A stretch of DNA of 64,000 bases from Guillardia theta CCMP2712. Taxonomy: Eukaryota; Protista; Cryptophyta. The stretch's first letter is position 1, and each line of letters starts with the position of its first letter. Under the pieces are notes generated by a model, which was not told where the DNA came from, did no database searches, and worked only from the letters and a program-made list of their open reading frames with translations. The position numbers were made by a program, and so were the translations under genes. Shown here piece after piece: positions 23,601 through 36,532 of the stretch. The stretch lies in assembly GCF_000315625.1 (NCBI RefSeq), contig NW_005434668.1, forward strand, positions 1,158,118-1,222,117, written 5' to 3'.

Positions 23601-25731
23601 TCGGATGATCCGATCCTCCTCTCTCAATCTCACCAGCGAAGGTTCTAGTCTGTCCTCACGGTCGCCGAGCCCAAGGCAGCCATGTTTCCCGCTGCCCCAG
23701 GAGAACAGCAGCCCTCCTCCTGTGCACGCGAATGTCGTGTTAGTCCCGCAGGCGACGTAGGACACGACAAGGTCTCTCAGTCTCAGCACGAGGTTCGGCG
23801 TCCACTGATCATGTCGCTCGCCATTCCCGAGCTCTCCGTTCAACCCCCTCCCCCAGCTGTAAAGTTTTCCATCCTGCGTCAAGTACGCGCTATGGGCAGC
23901 ACCGCAAGCGATCTGTACAGCCGTGCAGTTCTTCTTCGTGCTCGCCAGCATCTTAGGCGCCGAGCTGTCTTGAATGTTGCCATGGCCCAGCCGCCCGTTC
24001 AGTCCGATGCCCCACGAGTAGATCTGCCCGGACGAGCACAGGGCGGAGCAGTGCTGGGGCCCGACGGCGACTTGGATAACTCCCTTCTCCTTGAGGCTCT
24101 TGATGGGCTTCGGGTACTTCTCGTTGGCATGAGACCCGTGCCCGAGGCAGAGGTTGAACCCTGTGCCCCACGACACCGGGTTAACAAACACGTTCCTCCT
24201 CCTCCTGTAGAACCGCCTCACTCGGCGAACGCGCCTAAGCCTTGCCTCGAAGTCGTCCCTCGGCTCTAACTTTTGGTCCAAGTCTGCTAGATCATCTTCA
24301 CTGTCGCTCCCGCGCTCATGATAAGCTTGCCTGTACAACAAGGTATCAAAAACCTCAAGGTCAGAAAGCCGATCAGAAGGCTCATCAAAAGGCCTTGGGT
24401 AATGAGTGGGAGAGAGCACGAACACGTCATTACCTCATAAACTCTGCACGAGATCTCTCGTTTTTCTCCTCGTCCGACGTGTCGATATCGGAGCTTGCAG
24501 TCGAAGGTTCACTCGTCCAATGCGAATCCGCATCACTTGATGGCTCTGACTGTTGAGACGCGGATGCGCTGGAGTCAGTCTCCTGCTCGTCCTCCTGCTC
24601 GTCCTCCTGCTCGTCCTCGTCTCCCCTCTGCGACTGGGCGGATGCTTCAACATGAAGAGTCACTCCTGGTTCAATCTCATCTAGGGAGTCAATCGGACAC
24701 AAGAGGCGTTTCGTTTCTTTCACTGGAGACTCGCGTGGTGACGCAGCGGCAGTTACAGGCTTCTGGTGAAGAGGTTCCTGGCAGATCCCCTTGGGTGGTT
24801 TGATGCTGGCAGCTGCTTCTTGAGAGTCGTTCGCGGCCGCTACTGTAAGAGGCAACTTCCAAGCCATCAGGTTTGGCACGGGAAACTCCTTCTTTCTCCC
24901 CTGACTTGAAAGCAGCCCGGGAGTTGCGAAACCCTTCGTCTCCTCGTCCTCAGCGGATGAGATGAAGGACGAGGCAGCAGGCGTGCATGAAGCAACGACC
25001 GGCATGCGCGAAGCAGTAGCATCAGTCTGACAAGCAGCAGCAGACGATGCCTTGCAATTCGATGCACTCACGTCTTCGCTTCGTTGACTTCGAACTGCAC
25101 GCTTGGCATCAAGTGTTTGAGACGGACTAGCCTTCTCGACTGACAGTGTTGACTTGAGGGGGAGGTTGGAGTTGATATCATCAAAGTCGTCAAGCTTTCT
25201 ACTTTCAGGCGTACAGGGAGTCTCTGAGATGGTGTTGGTATCCGAGTTTGTCTCCCACGTCTGGTTGTGACTTGTCTTGTCATGATGTTTCACTTTCTTC
25301 TTCTTCTTCTTTGCTGCCGGAAGAGAAGCAGCAGCTCGTAACGCCACATCCCACAGAGAAGACTCATTGATGAGCTGCCACCAGGTTCCAATTTCATTCT
25401 CAGTCTCAGCCCTCAGCAAGATCTTGCGATGTGTTCCCAATAGTGTGCTGATAGCGCTGTTCTCAAGCACCAGAGTTCGCTCAAACGATGAATGCCGTTG
25501 ACAGATGCACCCGTTCAGTTGGATCGACAGCATACTCTCGGACTGATCGTTGAGCAGAGCGACTTCTTCATCCTCATAAACAGCAAGTACGCAATCTTTG
25601 AGCACTATCCATCGAGTCTCGAAGGTAACAGCATTGCTTTCGAACCATCTCACTCGCTGCTTCTCCTCGAAGAACTCCAAGGGTCCTTCCCGACTAGGAG
25701 GCAGCATAGACTCTCTTCCTAGACGTGACAT
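20699..25731 (-). CDS. PH domain + RCC1 repeats + second PH domain + coiled-coil protein
   Basis: PH1: RWIVLKDCVLAVYEDEE...LRAETENEIGTWWQLI. RCC1 repeats: YSWGIGLNGRLGHG, IACGAAHS, VACGEHHCLAL. PH2: WAVLSKNELLLF...YCRAKDEGELGKWLESL. The terminal exons end LKLEIQRLAQSM*. Confidence 0.85.
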
Positions 25732-26457
25732 GTTTGTCTTGGCTGCAACTTGCTTCGATCACGACTTTCCAGTCTCAAACATCCTTGTTGAACTTCAAAT
25801 AAAGTAGTTGATTCATGCTCCTTTTCTTTGTTCCTGTAACAAGCACGACCCACACATCCTCTGCCTTCACTCTGCTGTTCCTCCCTCCTCCTCTATCTCC
25901 TCCCTCCTCCTCCTCCTGCTGCACCTTCGCTCCTGGCTACTTCTCACCCAGCCATGGCGGCCCTTTCATCACTAGAGGTCAGACCCCTCAACCCTGAGAA
26001 ATCTTTGCTACCCCATTGAATGACACCAGAACCCCTTCATTACCACAAAAAAGATATGACCCCTGGTGATATTCAACCCACCCCTACCCCCACGGGATCT
26101 GATGTACCCAACTTGTGAAAAATGCGAAAAATTTGTTGGGGGCGAGTAGTGGAGCACAAAGGGGAGGAGAGGAAGAGAAGGGGAGGAGAAGGGGAGGAGA
26201 AGGGGAGGAGAAGGGGAGGAGACGATAGATCAGAAGGTTAGCAGAGGATAGAACAGCAGAGAAGATAGCGAGGATCACCAGCAGAGGGACGAGGAGGAGA
26301 GAGGAAAGAGAGGGAGGGAGGACAGAGGTAGAATGGCAATCAAAGTGACTGTCAACGGAGGATCAGCAGCGTGAACGTGGAAGAGAGGATAATAGTTGGG
26401 TGAAAGGCACTTGTTTCCTACTTGATGAGCTCGGAGGCATGCGAGGTGAAGAGCTAG

Positions 26458-28287
26458 ATGAATGAGAACGGACTCGGGCTTTCAATCCGTCCCCTCGGAT
26501 TTCTAGAAATCTTGTTCGCCTCCTTACTTGTCTTCATGAATTTCCTTCAAACTCTGGGCTATCGACTCTCCCTGCCAGCCAATGATGCTGCACAGTGCAG
26601 CTTAGCCCCACTGACAAGAGAGCTGGCGGGAGAGCACTGGGAGGCAATGTTCAACGAACTTGTAAGGTACAAGCAGAATCATGGGCACTGTGTTGTGCAC
26701 AAGTCAAACGACACGAAGCACCTTTTGAAGTGGATCAAAGTGCAGAAATTTCGCAACAAGAAGTTGTCGAAAGCAAGGAGGTTCACATATGGTCAGGCTG
26801 TAGACACTGATCATGCGGAGATTGAGCTGCAGAGGCTCTTGGATCTGGGCCTGATCTTCAATGCCAAGGAGGCGAGTTGGGTGAAGTTCTTCGACCAGTA
26901 CGTCGACTACATCCGCACGTACTCCGACACCAGTCCCACGTTTCGTTTCCCTCAGAATCCATCGTGAGACTATCTCCTCGTTCCGCTCTCTCACTGACGT
27001 GCCTCCTCTTCCACCCCCTCCTTCCACTCCTCCTGGCAGGCTTGGCGTGTGGGTCGCGCGGCAGCGGCAGCTCTACCATCGCGGGATGCTGCAGTCTCGT
27101 CGGTGGAGGAAGCTTCAGGCCATTGGGTTCGTGTGGAGCGTCGCCTATCCCTGTGAGTGACTCGCCGATGCTGCGGATGCGCTTGCGACTTGCGGCTGAC
27201 GCTGCGCTAGTAAGGAAAGGTCCGACGAGCCGCGCCATCGTCGCTCCTCAGCTGTGCAGCAGAGAGGTTCGTTCCCTCCCGCCCCCCCGCCCCCACGTGA
27301 ACTTGGGGGCAGGGGTGGAGGGTCAAAACTCATCAGAGGGGGGTGATGTGAACTTGGGGGTAGTGGTGGGATGATCCCTCTGTTATGCTTGAAGGCACAG
27401 GCAGGGCTGGCGAAGCGATGGCTACTCAAGCGATAGAAGATGCCTTAGAGAAGAAGAGACGGGGAAGAGAAGAGCAAGAGGAGGAAGAGAAGAGAAGGAG
27501 AAAAGTAGAGAGGTGGCAGAGTGAGCATGGTGAGACGAGGGGACGGAGGGATGGGATGGAGAGGAAGGTTGATTAAGCCAAGGAAAGCTTGTCAGCCAGC
27601 CGCCAGCCAGGCAGGCAGGCAATANNNNNNNNNNNNNNNNNNNNNNNNNNNNNNNNNNNNNNNNNNNNNNNNNNNNNNNNNNNNNNNNNNNNNNNNNNNN
27701 NNNNNNNNNNNNNNNNNNNNNNNNGACGACGGTTCCGTCCCCCCCCCCCCCCCCCCCCCCCCCCCGTCTTGTGCTCGCTGCCTTCTCGTGGTCCCTGTCC
27801 TCCTCCGCTTGCCCTCCCTCACCACCTCGCCCTATGCGTTGACGAGCAGGCAGGCGTTCGACACTCGCAGCATGGAGCAGCAGGAGAACGAGCAGGAGAT
27901 GGCAAGTCTGGGCAATCAGATCGACTATCTATCGCAGAGAAACGTAGCAGGGCTCGTTCAGTGTGGCAGGTTTTACACCCCCGCGGAGGAGTCGAAGCAG
28001 CAGTCGCTGCAGGACATGGGCAAGGAGGATCTGAACGAGGAGCTGAAGGAGCTGGCGCATCAGAGGAGCAGGCTGACTGTGCTCAACCTGGTGAGTTTCT
28101 GCACCTCTTGCCTTGCTGGCCCTCACTCGCTCCTCTTGTCTCACAGAAAAGCTCGATGGTCGAGTCTGAAGCTCTCCTTACCTCCGCCGATGACAGACTG
28201 ACAAGACTGGATGAAGACCAGGATGAGACGAGACTCAATGAGTACAAGGACGACGATGACGATGTTGAGGCATGCAGGCGGGGATAA
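26458..28287 (+). CDS. Helicase-associated (HA, PF03457-like) domain protein; spans a scaffold gap
   Basis: Two HA repeats: WEAMFNELVRYKQNHGHCVV...KWIKVQK...LLDLGLIF and WVKFFDQY...NPSLGVWVARQRQLY...KLQAIGFVW. The start and 3' exons are uncertain. Confidence 0.75.
27625..27724. other. Scaffold gap (100 N)
   Basis: Run of n. Confidence 1.
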
Positions 28288-28294
28288 CGTGGAT

Positions 28295-28373
28295 GAGGAG
28301 GAGGAGGAGGAGGAGGAGGAGGAGGAGGAGGAGGAGGAGGAGGAGGAGGAGGAGGAGGAGGAGGAGGAGGAGG
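28295..28373. repeat. (GAG)n microsatellite
   Basis: About 26 units just after the HA-gene stop. Confidence 0.95.
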
Positions 28374-28741
28374 ATGGTGATGTCGCCTCGGTTGCATGCT
28401 TGTATATTCTTTTGTCAAGTACATCCGAGAGAAATGGCTCCGGCTTGCAAACTTCCACCCATACTGATCAATCCTCCCTCCCTGTCTCCCTCTTCATCCT
28501 CCCTCCTCCCCTTCTTCCCCTGCCGTATCCTGCCTCCTCTAGATCACATCTCTATTCCTCCCATCGACAACATTGCACTGCATTCCTTCTCCTCCTCTCT
28601 TTATCTTAGCTCCTCCCTCCCCCTCCCCTCCCCTCCCCTCCCCTCCCCTCCCCTCCTCTCCTCTCCTCTCCTCCCTGCCCCCGACTCCATCATCCCGCAT
28701 CCCCTTTCCCGGCCCGCCTCTGGCCATATTCCCCCACAAAC

Positions 28742-29504
28742 ATGCGTATCCCCGAGGTGCCGGTGAGGGTGGTGGGGGCAGGAGGAGGAGCAGGGGAGGA
28801 CAAGAGCGTGCAGCAGCTATTCCAGGGCAAGAAGAGCATCCTCTTCGCCGTCCCTGGCGCCTTCACCCCGATTTGCAGGTTGCCAAGTTCATGGCATGCT
28901 TCTACTCGCTCTCTGAATGCTTGCTACCTCCCTCCTTGCCTTGCATGCTTCTACTCGCTCTCTAAATGCTAGCTACCTCCCCCCTTGCCTTGCATGCTTC
29001 TACTCGCTCTCTGAATGCTTGCTACCTCCCTCCTTTCCTTGCATGCTTCTACTCGCTCCCTGAATGCTAGCTACCTCCCTCCTTGCCTTGCATGCTTCTA
29101 CTGATACTCATTCGCATTCCAGCGAGCAGCATCTTCCGGGCTTCTTGGCTGCCCACGACAAGCTGAAGGCGCAGGGGATCGACATCATTGCCTGCATCAG
29201 CGTCAACGACCCGTTTGTGATGGCGGCATGGGGAAAGCAGCAAAATGTGGAGGACAAGGTCGTCATGATCGCGGACGGGAACGGGACGTTCACGGAGGCA
29301 GTGGGTCAGCTAGTGGACGAGACGAGCTACGAGATGGGGATGAGGTCGGAGAGGTACGCGGCTGTCTTCAACGAGCAGATGGACTGCATCTACTTCGGCA
29401 AGGATGATCTGTCCTTCGCTGAAAACATCCTCGACTTCCTTGCGGGGCGAGAGAGCGAGCGAGCACCGGAGCCCCGCCAATGCCAGTGTGACGTCTTTAC
29501 GTAG
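28742..29504 (+). CDS. Type II (PRX5-like) peroxiredoxin, 2 exons
   Basis: GKKSILFAVPGAFTPIC|SEQHLPGF (peroxidatic Cys), CISVNDPFVMAAWG, IADGNGTFT and GMRSERYA. Confidence 0.93.
28894..29103. repeat. 49-bp minisatellite (4 full copies + partial) filling the peroxiredoxin intron
   Basis: The unit gcatgcttctactcgctctctgaatgcttgctacctccctccttgcctt starts at 28894, 28943, 28992, 29041 and 29090. Confidence 0.95.
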
Positions 29505-29529
29505 AGAGAGGAGCAAGGGAGCCGGTCGC

Positions 29530-32500
29530 TCAGGACGTCTTGCAGTTCCTGTAGAGCTGACGGACGATGCCTTTCAACGCGGGGATGTCGCGGGCGTTTG
29601 GAAGGTCCTTGACGAACATGTCCTTGGCACCTGAGAGAAGAAGAGACGAGAAATCACTAAGAAAAGATAAACTGGACATTACAAGCCAAGCAAGACAGCG
29701 CATGACCCAGATACGATAGGAGAAGAGAGGGAGGGAGGAGAGAAAGGCAAGACGAGAAGCACAGGACATGTCCTCACTCTGCGAGAGAATGTTTCCTGGG
29801 ACCACAGCGATGCCTGCCATCACCCACTCCATCCTCTGGTTTGGCATGAACTGGCACAAACGCGTCAGTGGACGGGGAGCGAGCGAGCTGGAGGTCACCC
29901 GGCCCAGGTCGTACAAGATGGTCGCCACGGGCTCCACGACGACTGCGGCAGCCTCAGCGAGGGACTTGCGTCGCCTTCCTACCTGAGGGTTTCGTGGTGA
30001 TGGCGTACATCAGCGCTTGTACCATCGACTGCCCTCGTGGCTGCGTGACCCACAACTCAGTTCCTCGTGCCCTCCCTCTCCTCTCTTCGCCCCTTCTGTC
30101 CCTCCCCTCCTCCCTCTCTCTCTGCCTCCTTCTCCCCTCCCAACTTCTCCCTTCTCTCCTGTCACCTGGGGAGAAGTTCCACAGGGTCCAGGGCCCTGGC
30201 CGACGAGGAAGATCATGGCTGCTTCGCGATCAGCCCGGCAGAGCTCATGGTTCTCCTTGTTAGCATCTGACAGGACCACGTTCTCGAAGAAAGAGAGGAT
30301 CGCCTACAATATGTCAGCTGCCTCCTCTCCCCATCCTCCCCTACCCGTATCGCTTCTCTGTGCTCGAGTTTGGTGTAGAGGGAGGCAACCCCGCAGGAGA
30401 GCGCATTCTCACCCTGCGCGTGTTCAGTTTGTGCGGCGAGGAGAGCAAGAGGAAGGTACCAGGGGGGAGTTGTAGACCACCTGAGGAAACCTCCTCACAG
30501 CCCTGCGCCTGCATCAGTGGAGGGGCAGGAATGCAGGAATGGAGGGAAGGGGAAGCGAGAGGGAAGGAAGAGGAAGTGGAGTTGAAGTACAAGGGAGCAC
30601 GAGCAAGAGGGGCAGGAGGAAGAGGAGGGTCGGTAGCGCAGCAGCAGAGTTCTAGTTCACCTTTCCATCATCTCGAAGTATTCCGTCACGATGTCAGGAG
30701 AATTCACGAAGGCCTCTCCTGACGAGAAGACCTTATACCATTTCAGTTCGTCTACGCACGCGCACGGGCAGAACCTGAAACGTCCTGGCTGAAAGTGCTG
30801 CCAGCATCTCCGACAGAGGTCCCACGAATTCCTGCAAAGGCTGGTCATCGATCCGGAATGGGATCAAGTGCGAACGGGACCTGATACTTTCCAAAGAAAG
30901 AAACGACCGTCGTCACAGCATAGAGAATGCACTGTGTGCGTGTTAGAAGAACTTGTCGTTGCTGTTCTTCAGTCACCGAGAGAGGGTGTTTGATGTACGC
31001 GTTGACAGCTGACGTTGCAAAAGGAGACAGGAAGGCCTTGAACTCCAACCCGATTGCCTGGACAATGTTCAACGATAGCACCAAATATGAGAGCAGCTAG
31101 CAGGGAACTTTGTGTGCACATGGAGAGAGAGATAGAGAGAGAACAGAAGAATGTGAAATGACGATGATCAACACCTGGATTGCACTTCGGATGCAGCGAC
31201 AAACATCCTCCATGAGAGATTCATCTTGTCCGAATAGAATGATGCTCTAAAACAATCACAGATCAGTCGTGCTGTCATCACCAACAAGGCAACAAATTAC
31301 CTGCTCAAACATCGGCCAAGCCTGTTCAGCAACGGACCAACTTGGTCAGCGGAGGAAGGGAAGAGGGGATTTCAGGGGAGAACACTCACATTGGCAAAGC
31401 TCGCAGCCCAGGCTTTAGCAAGGACCTGAAAGCGAGAGTGAAAACACTTCACGCGCCAACGTCATCGCGTCACCTCCTTGTCGCACGACTTCCTCCTCCC
31501 TGACCTGTCGTCGCACGCAGAGACGCCTCCTTTCCTGCAATCCTGTCACAGCGGCAGGAGCATCGCCAGCACCTACAGCAAGGTTTTGAGCTTCTTGATC
31601 TGCATCGACACGCGGGTCTTGTCATGCCGCTCAAGCGCCGCCATCCCGTCCTGACCCACTACGTGAGAAGTCTCCCAATCCCCAGCTCGACCTACCCGGA
31701 TCGGAGGGCTCGACACGATACTGAGCATGTGCGCGATCTGCTCGCTTGGAATCCGCGCCAGCACGGCGCCGAACCCTTCAAGGATTTTCTCCTGCTGCGG
31801 GAGTTCGAGAGAGTCGATGTTGTTGTAGATCTGCATCAGGCCCTCCAGGTTCGCATTCCCCGCCATGTGCTCAGCGCAGTCATCGCAAAGTTCCTGCGGC
31901 CAGTCAAGCGACAAGCCTTGCGGACATTGGGAACCTGAAGAGACTCAGCTGCCAACGTCCCCGTCTTCGACGGCCCCAACCCCTGAGGCCACGTCATCCC
32001 CGCAGCCCCAGCTCGTCGTAAGCTCACCCTGACTACATACTCCAGCAGCGGCCTCAAGGCCTCGGGATGCGAGTTCAGCCAAGGGGAGAACTTGGCGATC
32101 ACAACCGTGAAGGCCTGAAAGATCCGTCAGAGTTGTCAAGCAAACGTCAGAAGACAAAATTTCGAGGAAGTGAGAGAAGGAGAAGTTTACAGGGAAATGA
32201 GAGGAGAAGGAGCATTGTAGAATCACCTGACGTACTCTCTGGTGCTCGGGCAGGTGTGTGTAGAGACTCAGGAGGGCTGGAACAACCTCGTTCTCATCGG
32301 TTGACACATGTCTTGCTAACACCCTGACAGTGAACAGACATCCTTCCACCGCCCTCCATCCGTCCTCATTCCATGAACAACTCTGTACGCTCTTCTGCAG
32401 TTCCGGCAGAACGATCTTCAAGCATCTGTACATGGTGACTTGGCAGCCTCATCCTGGTCAAAGTCACGGTCCTCACCGCAGGGATCCTAGCATGGAACAC

Positions 32501-34577
32501 AGATCCAGCACAGCGTCGAACAAAGCCTCTAGTCGAAAATTTCTGAATTCATCTTGTTCATTCTCCTATAAAACTCTTTAGACTTCCCTCAGAGTTGCGT
32601 TAGACTTGCCTTCCACTCTTCATGCTCCTCCGGAAATGTCGCAGCTCGAACGAGCACGATCATCAGCTGTGAGAGTGGAGCATCCATGGCCTCGACACAT
32701 TTGAGACGAGTCTGAAAGCTCGGGGTCAAAAGTGAGCAAGGAGAGAGAAGAAGTTTACGTCTTGAGGAAAATCCTTCATGGCCTCACTGAAGGTCAACAT
32801 GTCAACATGTATTATCCGCAAGACTTGCAAGCAAACCTCAATCGATACCAGAAACCAAAAGTGATCGATGCGATCCGTCGATCAGGATTTGAGGCGCAGA
32901 GGCAGATGAGATTGATCATCCTCACTGCATCTGGAGATGCTTGCGCAAGAATCGGAGCATAACTTTCTCCCATTTCGACCACCACTCGTGTGATGGATCG
33001 CCCTAAAATATCGTCTTCTTCATGCAGTGCTTTCTTCACCAAGCCCTCAAAGGTCTCCAAAGCTGCAGTCAACATCTGAAAGATCGGAAGTCCCTTGGGC
33101 ATCTCTCGAGATATGTACGCAAGCTCGCACAAGAGATCTGACGCTGCCTCACACAAGTCCGCATCCTGGATGGCTGGGAGGGCAGCATGTACGATTGGAC
33201 TCTGAGCAACGCTCCCTGTCAAGACAAGCGACTGTTTTGCTGCCGATGATTACCTGGACCATCTGCTCGGCAGGCACTGTGCCGAAACGCAGCCACCGGC
33301 AGAAGCAGGTCATGACCTGGGGCTCATGTCTAAGTTTCTTCTGTACGTGGACTTGTGTCGCCCACCTGCCCCTTGCCCTGCTTGGCTTGTGCTCCATCCC
33401 CTTGCAAGCTTGAAAAGCACTGCATCCGCTTGTCAAGAATGATGATTGACTATGGGAAGGGTCTGAGACCTGGTGCGTGAAGTTGAGGACCGCGAGAGCG
33501 GACTGGCAAGCGGAGGTGTAGAGATGGTGATGTTGGTCGGGCGGGAGATCAATTGAGTCCTCCTGAACGGCGAGGATTCAACGTCACCTCTAGCCCCAAC
33601 CAGGAGCGAACCTGAACGCGAGCTGCCTCCTCTCCTAGTAGGGTCAGCAAATCCAGCAGAACGGGCATCGTGTCCGGAGAGGATCCCATGGCCTTGCAGA
33701 CCTCCTGCCTCAACGTCACGTGGAGCTCTAGCAGATCACGGCAGCCGCTTTACTTCAACGATGTTCGATCGAATCTTGTCGAACTCCCCAGCATACGACG
33801 AAAACGCTAAGCAAAGTTGCTTTCTTACTGTTGGAGTGTCAGATAGCAGTGATGTCCTGCAAATGATCAACCTGTCATTGGCCCATTTCTAAACTTGTAA
33901 ATGTGTGCCATCAGTGATCCTGTGCGCAGGCTTCAGTTGTTCCCGAACAATTATCACGAAATTTCGTTGCTTCACCCCCAAGCGCCTCTTGGGCTTTGGC
34001 ATCGAGCTGCTCAAGATCCTGCAAGAAGGTTATGGCATGAACTCTCATATTATCTCATGCGATTCTCACCCCTCGAACAATCTTGGATTTCAATGTGTTT
34101 GCAGCAAAGAACTGTTCATTCAAATCAGCACACAAACACAGAAACTTGAGCATCTTCTGGAAAGAAAGGAATAGGTCTGTCGAGAAAGTATAGAACGACA
34201 AAGAGAGAAGGAAATCAGGGAACGAAGCATCTAGGAGCATCATGAGGGATGAGCACGAGCAGGCACCAGTGTTTCCTCGTTGAGGCCTTCTGTGTGTAAA
34301 AGCTGTTCGAGAGAGGCCCAAGCTCCCTCTGTCCTTTGATAATCCTAAACACCATGCAGATGATCAAGGGAAACACGTCTCCTCCCTCCCAGCAAAATCT
34401 CACTTTGAGCCATCTGTCCGCGTCCGCAATCTGCTTGTCATGTCCATGATATAACAGCTGAACCTGTTGCCAAACCTACAAAGAGACCAACATGTCATGT
34501 TCTCTGAAGCCCCACCTTTTGAAACATGCTCAATCTTCTGCTAAACTCACTTGCTCTGTTGTAATTTGTGCTGACAT
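29530..34577 (-). CDS. TNPO3: Transportin-3/Transportin-SR (importin-beta family); many exons
   Basis: LYHGHD..ADADRWL, FFAANTLKSKI, RKQLCLAF, SITFGFWYRL, VEGCLFTVRVLARHV, FSPWLNSHPEALRPLLEYVV and SPDIVTEYFEM. Importin-13 is not fully excluded. Confidence 0.8.
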
Positions 34578-35391
34578 GTGGAGTTAGTTCGTCGGCTTCG
34601 GCTCTTATAGGTTGTTGAAAGGGGTTCTGCATTAGGCAAGAGTCAAGAGAGAACTACAGTGAGGGAGGGTAAGGGAAAAGGAGCAGCGTTTTCAGAAATT
34701 TCGCAGCAGTCGCATGACGAGACTATCAGAATCAGAGGTTTCGAAGGTGTGGGAGAGCCGAGTCTTCGCCTCTACCTTCTCATATGCCCCGTTCGACGCG
34801 TCCCCGGTCTTGGTTCACCATGGCGCCAGAGCCTCGTGCATAACCGGTTCTCGGAAAGGGTACTTGAAAAATATAAAAATTAAAAATTATAATTAAAAAG
34901 TGCTTCAATGTAACAAATTTCCATTTTGTGAAGAACTTTTTTTGAAAATTGACAGCTCAAGATGTAGAATAATTATGCTATCTTCGAAAAAAAATAAAAT
35001 TCAATTATTCGAATCATCATACCCGTTACATTCTAACCGTATATACCCCACCCACTGATTCATACCCCTACGTACCCACACGTACGGATAGACCCCCTCG
35101 TGTCCCCCATCTCTACCCACCCTTGCTCCTCCCTGCAGGGACACCCTGTGTCAGGTGTGGCGCATGGCGGTATGGCGGTATACAGCGTATGATGATGCTG
35201 GCAGCGATAGCTGAGGTTCGTTGATGGATGGATAGATTTTAGGGGAAACCGCGAGGAGGCAGCGGCTATCCTCTGGGAAAATCTCTCGCTTGAGGCTTCT
35301 ATGCCCCTTCCATGAATCACTGACTTGCTTTCCTGTTCCCTTTCTCTCGCAAGGCTCTCTGAAATTTTAACCAGTGAAAGCTCTGTTTGAA

Positions 35392-36468
35392 ATGAGCAAT
35401 AGTAAGAAGCTTTTCGTGGTTACTGGCGGCACCGGATTCGTGGGCGTCGAACTGATTCATCATATCATAGGGCAGGGTCATCGGGTACGCGTGTTGGTTC
35501 GCACGCCTGACAAAACCTTTGAGGCCCTCAAGAATGTCGAGTTTGCTTACGGTAGCGTCACGGATCAGGAGCTAGTGAACAAGAGCTGCGAAGGTTGCAG
35601 CGGGATATTTCATGTGGCAGGAGTGGTGGACCATTCACGATCTGCCGCACCTTATGTGTACAAAGTGAACACTGATGGCACACGAGTCATCATGCAAGCG
35701 GCGATCAAGAACAAGTGCAAGGTTGTCTTTGTTTCCACGTCTGGAACGACTGCAGTGAGCAAGGATGCTAAGCGAATAGCAAGCGATGAGACGGACTATG
35801 CCATGGACGTGATCTCCAACTGGCCCTACTATGACAGCAAGCGGCAGGCGGAAGAGCTCGCTCGGGAACTGTCCAAGAAGCATGGGGTGCCTCTGGTGAT
35901 TATTCGACCGTCTTCCATTCTCGGACCCGGAAATGTTTCGCTGGCATCGAAGAAGAGTCTGGAGTATTATCGTCACAAGAGCATCTACAAGTTCCTCATG
36001 AAGAAGGTGCCCTGGGTCCCCGGGGGTGGGCTGAACTTCTGTGACGTGCGCGACCTGGTACCCGCCATATACAAGGCCATGGTCACTCCTGAAGCGAACG
36101 GGCGAACCTTCCTCATCGGAGCCGTCAACATGTCACTCGCCCAGTTCTTTCAGGCGCTGGAGAAACAGACCGGCATCGCCGGACCGAAGCTCGTCGTTCC
36201 TTTCTCTATCGGTTGGAGCACAATCAGCGCTCTGAATGCAGTTCGCAGGGTGGCAGGGAAAGACCCGCTCTTCGACAAAGTCGTCATCGAGATGGCTTAT
36301 CACTTCTGGTACTTCGACGCACACGCTGCTCAGGAGATCCTCAACTTCAAGGCAAGAGACTGGCAGGTCACAATCAAAGACTCGGTACAATACATCTGTG
36401 AACATGGACACTTGATGGGTCTGCCTCATGGCGTGCCTGTTTTACCTGCCCCAAGGTCTAAGTTGTAA
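35392..36468 (+). CDS. Extended SDR / NAD-dependent epimerase-dehydratase (DFR/HpnA-like), intronless, with C-terminal PTS1
   Basis: VTGGTGFVG, FHVAG, VNTDGT, YYDSK (YxxxK), IIRPSSILGPG and DVRD; ends in -PRSKL*. Confidence 0.92.
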   Translation: MSNSKKLFVVTGGTGFVGVELIHHIIGQGHRVRVLVRTPDKTFEALKNVEFAYGSVTDQELVNKSCEGCSGIFHVAGVVDHSRSAAPYVYKVNTDGTRVIMQAAIKNKCKVVFVSTSGTTAVSKDAKRIASDETDYAMDVISNWPYYDSKRQAEELARELSKKHGVPLVIIRPSSILGPGNVSLASKKSLEYYRHKSIYKFLMKKVPWVPGGGLNFCDVRDLVPAIYKAMVTPEANGRTFLIGAVNMSLAQFFQALEKQTGIAGPKLVVPFSIGWSTISALNAVRRVAGKDPLFDKVVIEMAYHFWYFDAHAAQEILNFKARDWQVTIKDSVQYICEHGHLMGLPHGVPVLPAPRSKL

Positions 36469-36532
36469 TGACGCATATCAGCAACAGCGATTAGACTTGT
36501 AATGACACATATCAGCAACAGCGATCAGACTG
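36463..36532. repeat. 34-bp tandem duplication covering the SDR stop codon
   Basis: ttgtaatgac(g/a)catatcagcaacagcgat(t/c)agac at 36463 and 36497. Confidence 0.9.

Noticed and set aside
28894-29103. Regularly spaced repeats resembling a CRISPR array
   Set aside because: Head-to-tail copies with no unique spacers, intronic, eukaryotic context and no cas genes.
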